Positions 40,404-52,599 of a DNA stretch of 64,000 nt are shown in pieces (within the stretch, counting starts at the first letter, position 1; each line of letters begins with the position of its first letter). The DNA lies in NCBI GenBank assembly GCA_030390025.1, contig CM059431.1, positions 110,052,001 through 110,116,000 on the forward strand, given 5' to 3'. The notes under the pieces were generated by a model that ran no database searches, was not told the DNA's origin, and worked only from the letters and a program-made list of their open reading frames with translations. The position numbers and the translations under genes were made by a program. The stretch is from Squalus acanthias. Lineage: Eukaryota.

Positions 40404-41555
40404 AAAATGATGGAATGCTATCTGTTCGCTCACTGAAGCTATGGTCTAAATTTTTATTTTTGATGGATTTGAAAATGTAACTTTCAGTTTTATTGCATGA
40501 ACATTATTTTGGTTCCCTTTTAGAAGGCATGTAAGCGACTTTTCTCCACACAGTTGAATTTTTTTTTTGTATACGCTAAATTCTGCACGTGTGTTAATGG
40601 CATGTTGTCATCAGAAGATGAAGTTGGCGCTAACTGGTGCGTTCTGGATCCTGAATCACTGATCCCTCTATTAAAACCATTCCATGACATCTACAGGCAT
40701 TCATGCCCATCAACAACAGATGCTGTAAGAGTATTTTCAATCTGGTATTTGGAAGACATCCAAGCTGGTATTTCCTTCACCTCTTCTGTAGATATATTTG
40801 TACTGCAAGGCAATACAAGAATTTGTAAGAATGTGTGCTGAAATATTTATCATTATAGGTAATCCAAGACTGAAATGTATATAGACTATTCTGCTGCCGT
40901 CAGTCAACTCGAACATCTCAAGTATAAAAAAGATATTTCTCCATTTCAGTCTTGCAGATTTTACCAAAACTTAACCAGAGATGATGATGTGTCATAACAT
41001 AATACTCTGAGCTTTAAGACTGCTTCAGAATGATGCACTGCAAAGCCTGCTGCTTAAGTATACCTTTGAGTATAAAAGGCAACCTTTGAGTAATTTATAA
41101 ACGCAGATTATTATTTAAACATTCTTAAACAAACTCTCCAGGAGGTGGTTGGGCTCTCTGAGGACTGATGTAGTCTTGGCATTTTAAAAAAAAAACTTCT
41201 CAGAGCTGCTTTTCAAATAAAGCCCTGAGAAGAGAGTCAGACCTATGTGAGACCCAGTGATGATTCTCCCTATATTTTTCCCTCCCTTAGTAGAAACTAC
41301 TTGATTTCTAACTGGTATCACGAACTGTGTACAGTTCGGGTTGAACTTGCACTCCATGTTCCCATGGCAATATGCACTGGTGCTTCATGTTTTTCAGCTG
41401 CCTCTATTTTTGTGACTCGCAGTATATTGTATAAAATAAAGTTCTCTGTTGGTTGACAGTTCAACTGTACTTCGGCTCTAAACCTGCACCGACGGTGGTA
41501 CAATGCGTTGTGTGATACAGTAACATTAGCATCAACTACACTATGTTTTGGTGGA

Positions 41556-42084
41556 AATCTTATTGAAACATATAAGATTGTGAAGGGGTTGGATCGGGTG
41601 GATGCGGGGAGGATGTTCCCGATGACGGGTGAGACGAGAACTAGGGGACATAGTCTTAGAATAAGGGGCTGCTCTTTCAAAACTGAGATGAGGAGGAACT
41701 ACTTCACTCAGAGGGTGGTAGGTCCATGGAATATGCTGCCACAAAAAGCTGTAGAAGCTACAACATTAATTAAATTTAAAACAGAAATAGACAGTTTCCT
41801 AGAAGTAAAGGGCATTAAGGGTTACGGGGAGCGGGCAGGAATTTGGACATGAGTCTAGGTTCGGATCGGTCATGGCCCTGTGGGTAGTGGAGCGGGCCCA
41901 GGGACTGTGTAGCCTGATTCTGCTCCTATTTTGTGTGTGCAATTCTGTTAGATGCAGGAGATGGTTCTGTGATAGATAGTAGATTGGCGGTTAGGATCAG
42001 ATCAGCCATGATCTTATTGAATGGCGGAGCAGGCTCGAGGGGCCAATTGGCCTACTCCTGCTCCTATTTCTTATGTTCTTATGT
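41556..42084 (+). mobile_element. Young CR1 3' end
   Basis: LIETYKIVKGLDRVDAGRMFP...; near-identical reverse complement of about 29350-29880. Confidence 0.95.
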
Positions 42085-42624
42085 AAAAAGTATAATGAAT
42101 TGCAAGAATAGTTTTCCAAGTTCAGACAGCTCCACTGAGGGACATACCATCGTATCCACAAAAAGCACTCGTGATAGTGATAAGTAAAAGAATGTACGGT
42201 CAAAATTAAAAGCAAGTATTATAGGTGTCCACCCTGAGTTATATTTAGTATATTTTGTAATTTGGCCTTCTGAAAACCATTTATTGGTAAATTTAATGCC
42301 TTTATTTACAGATCCCATTCTCAATTATCAAAAATGTTTGACGATTATCTAAGCTTTTTTTTAAAGTAATGTCTCCACACATGTGTCAATGTCGGGAACG
42401 GACCATTGTTTCACTTGGAACATCCAGTAAAATTTGAAAATACTTTTCTCCAAAGGATAATTACTTTGGAAGGAAATACAAAGGTAATTTTTGACTGGTT
42501 TCTAGATATGGCATGAATATACTTTCAGTCATAGAATCTTACAATGAAGGAAAGTGATAATCTTAATATGGAAATTTTGATTTGATGCATACCATAAAAT
42601 ATGAAAGTGAGAATTGAATACTTA

Positions 42625-44316
42625 GGGCTGAATTTTGTGGGGGGGGTGGGGGGGGGGGTCAGGTGGTAAAGTGTTTATTTCCCCCCAGCGGGTCGGGACC
42701 CCACTGTGAACCCGCCACCACGCGCCTTTCCCCGATGTTGGGTCTGTCAGCGCTAAGCAGACCCGACATGCAGCAGCGGATTCACAGCGGGGGACCCAAT
42801 TCAGGTAATTAATAGCTTGTTTAGAACCACTTAATAATGAATTTCAGCTCACCACCTGCATTTGACAGCTCGCCCACGGGTCCTGGACCACGTCTGTCAA
42901 GCTGAGGCGGGAGTTCAGTGGCCATTGAATCAGCTGTTGAGTTGACAGCTTCAAATGTAAACTAAAAGCTCCCACCTTACAGAGATATCTTCCCTCAGCC
43001 ACAAACTCTTCCTCACTGCATTTCCACAACAGATTCTCCATGCTACAAGTCTTTACAAAAGTCTCCATCCAGTGTGACCTCATTACCTCTCTCACCATTG
43101 ACAGATCGCTTCTGTCATCTCTACTTCACCTGCCATCTATTCCATCAACATGGGTGCCCTTTATACTCTCTCACCTTGGTCCTCAGAATCCCACCACGAT
43201 CATCCCCAACACCAGCAGCACCAACAACAACACCACCAACCTTCTCCGCAATCACCTGATGCTGCACAAGACAGAGGGCGTCAGTACCCGAGCACATTGC
43301 CTCCCCATGGCCAGATTTACTTCTCTTGATGCTGTACATCCTGGCTGCCACATCATGCGCCAGGTTGGCAACACCACAAAGCATCCCTACAATGCCCAAG
43401 ACATTCCTTTCACACTCTTCACCATTGTGGGGGGTACCATTATGTCTCACCATTCACTGCAACTCATTAAGCCACAAAGGTGCACACAAATCTGTCCAAG
43501 AACGCAATGTGTTGAAAATAAAGGTTTCAATGTTTGACAGCACATTAACTGAAACTTGACATGAACATTGCATAAAACACCCAAGTGGCTACCCTTGTGT
43601 GTTGTTAGTTGGTATGATTGCATTAGGATGAGGCTTAGTGTGAGGGGTGGCAAGTGAGATGGGGATGTCATAATATAGTTAGAGAGGGATGGGTGGAGGT
43701 GCAAGGTAAGTTGGTGTGAGTAAGGATGTGCAGGAGTAGGGTAGGGAAGGCAGAGTGATGGGGATGTGATGAGAGGCACAGCAGGATGAGGTTCAGTGTG
43801 GCTTTGTACTAACGTTTCGTGATCTACTGAGATCATTGAAACGTTTACGGAACTGCACCCAGATCCTCCTGACCACATCCCTGCTTGTGCCCTCCTCTGC
43901 AATGTGCAACCAGGCTGTGTTGATCTTCTGGGGAGGTCTCTTCCGCCCATGGGAAGGGAAGAGGACCTCCCTGCGTGCAGTGACTCCCTCCAGAAACATG
44001 TGGAGGGAGTCATGGGAGAACCTGGGTGCAGCCCTGCACCTCTGTGCAGTGATTGTCAGTGTTTGCAGCACCTCAATGCTGTAGAACACTGACAGCACAA
44101 ATGTCAAAATAAAGTTGGCCATGGTCCCTTTAAGGAAACCGGCTGATGATGCGTCATCATATGACGTCACCAGACCCGCTTCCTCTAATTGGGCGGCAAA
44201 CGCGCTGGGCGGGCTTAACAAGCCCAATCAGGGGAAATTCATTCAGAGGCCGGGATGGAGACAGCAATGGGGTCGGGACTCGCCACAGACCTGCCTAGGT
44301 CAGCAAAATTGCAGCC
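42625..44316 (-). mobile_element. Harbinger-like family A copy 4
   Basis: TIR gggctgaatttt / aaaattgcagcc; TSD TTA at 42622-42624 and 44317-44319; open Myb-like frame 43793-44122. Confidence 0.9.
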
Positions 44317-44496
44317 TTAGAATTAAATATTAAAAGAAACCTAAATGAGCAACATCCAGTATAGCAATAATGAACTCTGTCTACAAAGTTCTCCATTTTA
44401 GAAGCTAATTTTGCAAAGTTTAGATTATAACTGAAGTCTTGAAATACTTCAAAGTTTAGAAGTAGAAATAAGTCAGTCGAAAGCATGGTAATACGA

Positions 44497-44630
44497 TAGC
44501 AAAATACTGCGGATGCTGGAAATCCGAAATAACAACAGAAAACGCTGGAAAAACTCAGCAGGCCAGGCAACATCCGTGGAGAGAGAAACAGAGTTAACGT
44601 TTCAGGTCGATGACCCTTCGTCAGAACTGG
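44497..44630 (-). mobile_element. Penelope-like terminal repeat (second family)
   Basis: Shared with 26750-26860 and the split copy around 12540/14310; carries a hammerhead core. Confidence 0.7.
44592..44628 (-). ncRNA. Minimal hammerhead ribozyme motif
   Basis: Minus strand: agtt CTGACGA a gggtc-atc-gacct GAAA cg TT aact; stem I agtt/aact; palindromic ACGU stem III. Confidence 0.75.
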
Positions 44631-47600
44631 ACAAGGCTGGGATCACCGTCCTCACTGGGAGAGTTCCTAATGTTGTGAGGAACGATTTAAGCTAATATTG
44701 CAAGGGAAAGCACGGTAATGTTTGCTAGCCTCTATAAATGTTGCTGCTTGACTTAAGGGTGCAAGAAGCCATTGCTGGACTTTGCAAATTGATAATTTGT
44801 TTTTATCACAGTTGTTAAAACTGAGAAACCTTTAAGAATAGTGAACCTTTGCAGCATAATGTTATACATTTATGCATTACAGGATAATAAAAGAAAAAGG
44901 GACTCATCATTGTTATCTAATTATAGTGTAAAAGCATTATATGTGTGAATTGTAAATTCATATTCATTAACACAACTACTGTCAAAAGGGAAATAAAGAT
45001 ATTACCGATTTTTTTTTTTTAAAAGGGGGGAAACAAGTGGACAATATTATGTGTGTTTAGGAGCTGTCTCAGAAGCCATTAACAATCAACTGACCCAGTC
45101 TATACTTAAGTACACCAGGAGGTCTCAACGAACCTGGCACAAATTGACTGGTGCTTACCTTTCTAGTACCTCTCCAAGATATCCAAAAATGTATAAACTC
45201 AAGAGGATCAGATTAACCCACTTCACAGTAGGACCACTTTGTCCCTGGCATTGCCATTCTCAACAACTTCACTAGGTCGTAGTGTATCCTGCTGAGAATG
45301 GCCCAGAGTTCACTGCAATGGTGACATTGGTGGCGAACGCCATAAGTTAGACTGTTCTGCTCCCCAATACTCCAGTGCCGAATTTCCACCACAATTTGCT
45401 GGAAAGATAATTAGAATACGCCGCAGCGAGCAAAGTGGCGGATCGGGGCAGCATGAACAATGGATAGTTAAGAATACATTTTGCTTGTTGATTTCTGTGG
45501 GAATTTCAACCTCATTTATTTGTCTGCTTATTTATATTCACCAACAAATTACTGAACGCTTATAAACAAGAATAAATTTAGAATTATCTAAGCTGGCAAA
45601 ATCACACTGACAAAATGTGAGCTGTATCATTATCGTGAATATTTAGCGTGAAAGTATAGTTTCCCTTTGGTTTCATACATGTAATTAGCAACTGTATAAA
45701 TGGTTGAAGCTTGAGCAGCAGATGTCTTTCTTTCCCTCTTTTTTTTCTCTTTCTTTCTATCTCTCTGTCTCTTGTGTTAAAATTGATCTGCTGCCACTTA
45801 GTCCTGGCTTGATGCCTTGGTTCGTGCATTTTGTGAATCTTGGGTGGGAAAATTTGTTTCCGTTCCTGTAATGTGTCGTCCTACAATAGAAATATAGTGG
45901 AATTAAAAAGAAAGATGAAATAGCAGCATATACTTATATTAGAAAGTCCTCCAGCACCATTCTTTAATGATCACAGTGGCATTACTTCAGCAAACTTGAA
46001 ATCAACATTGATTTTAAACGTGGTGGGGGAGGGGCACAGATGTATCAAAATTAACGGTTCAACTTTTTTTGTTGAGGGAAGCGGTGGGTCGGCACAGATG
46101 TTGCCGAAAGGTGCTGGAACTTTAGGTCTGAGATACTTTTAATTATATAGATTACAAACTTGATTTTTTTTGTTGCAGAAAATGATTACAGCTCAAGTCC
46201 CATAATGACTTGGATTGGTAACATTAATCAGGTGTGTTGTTAGTTCTTCCTTTGTCATTAAAAGTGCTGTTGCAGTACAAAAATGTGAAAATATTGACCA
46301 ACTTTAAATACTGTTGGTTATCTTCATACTTCTGCAGTTCAGTTTTTTATATTCCCTAGTGCAGACTTGAAATATAAATATCCATCAGATTGATGTATTA
46401 GATGAAACAACAAAAGTAAGTTCTGTTTTGTTTTAATAATCTCTCCATCTAGCAACATTATTTAATACTGGTTTTGTATTTAATTTATATGTCACAATAT
46501 AAGTGTGACTGGAAGTACCTTCTTATTGCTGTCAATCCACAGTATTTAGGTGCTGTTATCGCAGTAGTATCAAACTCATGTAGAGAATAGAGGCAACAAT
46601 AGTTGAGTTTCTTTTACAGTTGGCAAGGAAATTAGACCGCTTTGATTGATTTAAATTTTATCTTTGGTCTGTGTTGATTTATGGGCTTAAATATCTTGGC
46701 TTTATGACTCAATTGTTTCACAGACTCTGAATTTAGTGCTTCATTCATCTTCAAAAAGAGGAGCTTTGAGATGGGAACTAGTTGCATCTAGATGAACACC
46801 AGAAGTTGTTCATGTGTCATAATGCAGAATACTACAATGCTTGTAATAATTTACTTTAAAGCTAAATATAACTTAGTTTAAACAAAATCGCTTCCACATG
46901 TATTGCATAAATAAACTGTACTGAGTATCAGATGACTATCTTTAGGCTTGTAAAGAATAACTTTAATTCATTCATGACTTGGGTGTTCCTCTGACTGCTA
47001 TCATGTATATACTATGCGTTGATACAGCTGCACATCACCTTCTCACTATAGCGTACTTTGATGAACCACAGTTATTGCTTTCGTTTATACAACTTCATTA
47101 AAAGAAGTACTATAATGTTCCCTCTAACATCCCCTCACAATGATGTGTTTTTTGCAGTGTACGCAGGTTAATAAGGCCATAAAAAAGCAAACCTCCTTGG
47201 TTTTTCTTACCAATGTACTATCATCCTTGTTAAATGCAAAAACAAATGTTTTCTAGGATTCCTGGAAAAAAGTGCACCTTACAGGGTGCAACTTACACAG
47301 TATAATGCTTAGAATATGGTTCTCATGTAAATAAGGAAACACAGTGAGCAGCACCATTTAATAAATATTGCATCCTTTTAGTGCCCTATAGTATCTAAGA
47401 ACTCCTGAACATTGCAGGTTTGAATTGTGAGTAGCTTCATTTTTCCATTGTGACATTTATATTTCCTGCTTGTTGTCCTGTGATAGTTTTTTTTTTAATA
47501 CATATTATGGTAGTTGAACTGTGAACTGAGTGATCTGTACAGGTTGGGCAATTTCTTATCAGGATTTTTTTTTTTGCAAGAGAGCGCCTTTGTAGTTTAT

Positions 47601-47967
47601 TGTTGTGCAATAATTCTTGGTTGCTACCACCTGTCCCCCTCAGTAAAATTAGGTCACCTTATCTGTACTTTATAGCTGGAGTGATAATGCCATTGTAACT
47701 GTAAGCCGCCATGAAGGACTCTATTGCATATGCACCAAATAGATCCAGATTAATTGAGCACGAAGAATCGCTGCTAGGCATCTGTTCTTAGTGATGCACT
47801 GCTAATATGGTGGGGAAGAATCATGGTAAATTAGAGAGGAGCCATCACTAGACATGTATTTCATATTCCCTAATGGCAGACAGAAGTGTGGAAGCAGTTT
47901 GCCTCCTCAAGTTCTCAAATGCATTTCATGCATGACCAATAGATACAAAAATAAAACTCAAAAAATG

Positions 47968-48198
47968 GAGAGTTGCATCCCTAGTGTCCTGGACAACATT
48001 CATCTTTCAACCAGCATCACCCAAAACCGATTAATTGGTCATTCATCTCATTTCTGTTACTGGGATTGTGCTGTGCGCAAAGTGGCTGCCATTTTTGCCT
48101 ATATCACAACAGTCACTGCACTTCAGTGCAGTTTGTTGTATGTGAAACGCTTTGGGACATTTCTAAGAGATGTTATCAGGGCTACATAAATGCAAGTC
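47968..48198 (+). mobile_element. Deu-SINE 3' half, diverged
   Basis: gtgtcctggacaacatt...gctgtgcgcaaa...aacgctttgggac...ataaatgcaagtc. Confidence 0.75.
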
Positions 48199-49297
48199 AT
48201 TTTAGTTATGTTGAACACACCAGTTGTTCAGCATCCACATGTTTGAACTATTGACACGTACAAGTTGAGAGATGGTTTCTGCACATGAGGTAATTTGTGT
48301 TTGCATAGCAATGCAATAGTTTAAACATGTAATGGGTCATGAAAGATTGTTCTCTGATAACAAACTGAAGATTTCATTGAATTAAAATTATTTGTTTCCC
48401 CAGACCAAATTATAATGGACTACTTTCTTTTTGCAGTAATTGTTTTGACTCAGAGCAAACAAATGAATTCACTAAGAGCCCCTGCATACAACTATTCCCA
48501 TTCTTGTTTTGGTACTTATTGACACTATCATTGTGGTTTGAAGATTTAACTATAGTTAGTTCCATTTCACTGGCTTTTTTCACAATGTTGTTGAAAGGCA
48601 AAAGTATTTTGAGAAAAACAACACTTTACGCCTCTTCCATACTACTAAACAGTTTAATTGTTTATATATACGAGTGGATTTACCATTGCCGCCTCACAGT
48701 AAATTGGAGGATTATGCAGTTTTATAAGGACGGGTATTGTACTGAGTAGAAAGCAATTTATTTATTCTGATGATAAGATGGAACTGTATTTAACATAGTC
48801 TATTCCATTTATGATCACAAATACTTATTCCAGTAAGTAGATACAGCGTGAGATTAGTTGGAGCTTTTTTAAAAATATTTACTTGGTTGCGATTTGTTGA
48901 TGAATTTTGTGAAAATGATATTTGAGCCAATTAGGTGCAAGTGTGACGCTTTCAATTTGATGGATGCACTAGATGTATGTACATACTTATCTGCGCACAA
49001 ACAAATATTCTGTGGTGTTCCTCATGGTAAGTCAGAAGGTTTAGTGTTCTGAAACCATAGACATTTACAGTCCATCCTACCTGTGCTAGCTCTTCATTAG
49101 AGCAATGCAAATCTAAGCTCACTATTCTGCTCACTCCTCATAGCCTTGTATCTTCCTCTGCTTCAAATATTTATATAATTTTTCCCTTAAAAATGCAACA
49201 GTCTCCGTCTAAACCACTATCTGTGACACATCACTTTCATGCACCAACAACTCTGTGTGAAGAAATTTCTCCTAACCTTTCTGCTGACTCTTCTAGT

Positions 49298-50182
49298 CAT
49301 GATGCGGAGATGCCGGTGTTGGACTGGGGTGGACAAAAATGAGAAGTCGCACAACACCAGGTTATAGTCCAACAGTTTTATTTGAAATTACGAGCTTTCG
49401 GAGCTCTGCTCCTTCTTCAGGCATCTCCACATCATGACAGTATATATAGACAGAGAACAATGTGTCTGCAGAGATACAATCCGTCAGGGAGGCATTACAT
49501 CAAAGACACAGCAGAGTACAGCTAAGACAATGAGGTGGGTCACAGGGGGTCCAACGTGTCAAATGCTGCAGTCTGCAGTTAAGCTTTTAACTTTTTTTTA
49601 AAAACTGGAAATCACACCTGTGAATCAGACAACGATGTCGAGTCACGTTCTGTAGCGTGACATGAAACCGAGATCCCGGTTGAGGCCGTCCTCATGGGTG
49701 CGGAACTTGGCTATCAGTTTCTGCTCGATGATTTTGCGTTGTCGTGTGTCTCGAAGGCCGCCTTGGAGAACGCTAACCCGCAGATCCGAGGCTAAATGTC
49801 CTTGACTGCTGAAGTGTTCCCCGACTGGGAGGTAACACTCCTGCCTGGCGATTGTTGCGCGGTGTCCGTTCATACATTGTCTCAGTGTCTGCATGGTCTC
49901 GCCGATGTACCATGCCGCGGTGCATTCTTTCCTGCAACGTATGAGGTAGACAACGTTGGCCGAATCACATGAGTATGTACCATGTACCTGGTGGGTAGTG
50001 TCCTCACGTGTGATGATGGTATCTGTGTTGATGATCTGGCATGTCTTGCAGAGGTTGCCGTGGCAGGGTTGTGTGGTGTCGTGGTCGCTGTTCTCCTGAC
50101 AGCTGGGTAATTTGCTGCGAACGATGGTACTTTTGAGGTTAGGCGGCTGCTTGAAGGCGAGTAGTGGAGGCGTGGGGATGGC
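49298..50182 (-). mobile_element. Penelope-like retroelement, 5'-truncated (GIY-YIG endonuclease plus terminal repeat)
   Basis: Uninterrupted frame 50182->49643: PLLAFKQPPNLK...PCHGNLCKTC...NVVYLIRC...WYIGET...GEHF...EQKLI...GLNRD; 11-bp TSD actcttctagt at 49287-49297 and 50183-50193; sits inside an old CR1. Confidence 0.92.
49387..49425 (-). ncRNA. Hammerhead ribozyme core in the Penelope terminus
   Basis: Minus strand: CTGAAGA a ggagc-aga-gctcc GAAA gc TC; local stem I is weak. Confidence 0.6.
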
Positions 50183-50297
50183 ACTCTTCTAGTGACCATT
50201 TTAAATTGATGATTCCTCATCACTGACTCCCCAACCAGAGGAAATAGGCTTCTCCTATTCACTCTAACAAAACTCTTCATAATTTTGCAAACCTTTC

Positions 50298-50763
50298 TTG
50301 CGTCTCTTGTTGGACCCGGGGACTGCCAGCACCTGCCCCCTTTCCCTTTACTTTTTCGGGGTGCTGGCCGCGATCGCTCAGCCCGGCACTCCTCTGCTCA
50401 CTCCTCATAGCCTTGTATCTTCCTCTGCTTCAAATATTTATATAATTTTCCCTCCTCTTGAGTGCCGGGCTGTTTTCCCGGTACCCCGCTCCCCGGTGGT
50501 CCAGCAGGGCCCCGGTGCGTGCAGCGCTAAGCCCCTCCCCTTTAATCAGGGGAGGAAGCCTGCAATGACGCAGCGCTACATGCCGACGCACGTGGCGCTG
50601 TTGCACATAGCGCCGCGAACTTCAGTAGTAGCACCCCAAGAAGGAGGTGGAGCGCTTCCGGTAGCGCCTCACCTGCTTGTGCTACTACTGAATTTCTGGC
50701 GGAGGGGTGCTAACTTTTTTGGCGCGTTCGCCCCAAAAGGGGTGCCACCCAATTTTTCCCCCC
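50298..50763. mobile_element. CpG-rich MITE or DNA transposon remnant (left end missing)
   Basis: Right end aatttttccccc shared with 39755-39902; several internal hairpins. Confidence 0.6.
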
Positions 50764-52599
50764 AACAATTTAAAACTTAAATGTTTGGTATGAAGAGAAT
50801 TTGTTAAAGATGTTTTCATGAATGAAGTCTTAATTTCACTCCTTAAAGATCTGCATCACACAAAACATTAACTTCCATCATTTGCAAAAAGTTGTGTTAG
50901 TTGAAATGTTTAAATCCCTTGTAGAGTGTGGGAGGAGCTGCAAAAAGAATCTGGTTTTATAACTGTTGTATTAGATCATTATTTTAATATATTTGACTAA
51001 ACTGAAATTCTATGAGGAATTGCTTGCTGCCGAATAGCTTTAGTAAAAGAAGTTGACGTATGTTAGCAATGTTAATGACTAGAGTAATTTGCCACGACAT
51101 ACTTGGGCATGCACAGACTGCAGTTTGTGCGGTCAACAGTTTAACGAAGATAAAATACAATTGTATTGCATTTACACTGTTTCACAATTTTTCTTGCAGT
51201 AACTCACATGCACTTATAGCTCTTTGAAGTTTGCTATAAAGAGCGATAAGCGCATATGTGTTACTCTTTGAAGTTTGCTATTTTTTATGAATTAAAGATT
51301 ACAGTACTTGTCCTATTTGCTCGTGATATTAGAGATGTGCTGCAGTGCAGTAAATACATGCTTTGAATGCCTGTAAATCCTTGGTACAGTTGTTGAGCAT
51401 ACCCAGAGTTTTTAAGCAAGCAAAAAAAGATTGCTCACATTCAAGCGATGCAAAGTCTCTGAGCCAACAACGACAGATGCTGTGATACAGCTGAGATGTA
51501 AAATGATTTAGGAAATTACTCAAACTACATTTTGTTCAGGTCAAGACGAAAAAAGGAGCAACGTTTTTGAGATTCCTTTGCTATGTCTGGAGATGAGGAA
51601 TCAGCAATAACTTGTGGTTAGTGCTAGCTGTCATGAAATCCTTTCATTGCAGATTCATAAAACATGGCTACAGCATTTCATAAAGCTTGCCTCTTCATAT
51701 GTGGTGCGTTAGGAATGCAGGATGAATGACATTGTTGTAGAATAGCAAGGATTATTTTTGTAACCAGACTGAATACAGGGCGCAAACTAAAAGATAACCC
51801 ATCGAGTAATACAGCTCCCGCTGCACAAAAATCAAGTTACAAGTATCTGTAAAATAAAATAAATTAGTGATTTTGTAAGTGTTTCCAACTACTGAGTTGG
51901 AAGATGCATTGTTTTATACTATGTAATGTGTAATATATTACCAGGGCCACTGTTAAATGGTGATTGAAAAAGTGAAATTTGTGTGTTTATCATAAAATAT
52001 TATTGGACTGTTAATGGTTTCTTTAGGTTCAAATTGTGTGACTAGCTCCATGTCTTTGTGGAAACCAAATAATTGACCTGTCTTATATGTTGCTGTACAT
52101 ATGTACTCTTATCCTTTTCAAAGCTCAGGACAAATAACAGTAGGAAGGTGTCTGCAATTCCATGTATTTACCTGCTGCATAGAGCAGCGAGGAGTAGGGG
52201 GAGAAGTCATTTGTTATACAAAAATGGTCACTTTCCAGATATTCACTAAGGAGCAGTTGCCTGCATTTTATAAAATCTCACTACCTATTTACAGTATTTT
52301 GCTTCATACTATAGTCTTGTCACAGTGAAGTATCATGTAATTTACTTTGATGTTTGTGAATTAGCTTTTAAAACTTTAACATTTATTAGCTTTGTCATAG
52401 CATGATTGGAATTTTTTTTTTGCGCTCCCATTTTTTTCTTACCCTGTCCAAAAACATTCTTTCATGATGGGATATGGTTGCAGAGTACCTCACCCAAGTG
52501 TCCAATCTTCACGTATAAACCTGAACAGAGATTTCAGTCTAGCCTGATGCTATCCATGCCCAACGTGCACGGCAGGCACTTTCTGGTTAATGGTAATTG

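Noticed and set aside
43040..43537. Recurrent 'LRNHLMLHRT' and 'IIPTNNTQG' ORFs as a novel gene family
   Set aside because: They recur only because they are alternative frames or read-through in family A copies, with inconsistent starts and stops.
47676..47700. Possible 25-nt poison micro-exon (tttatag...gtaagc)
   Set aside because: Splice-like motifs alone are common in a 30 kb intron; no further support.
51221..51282. 17-bp direct repeat tctttgaagtttgctat
   Set aside because: Ordinary local duplication with no supporting structure.
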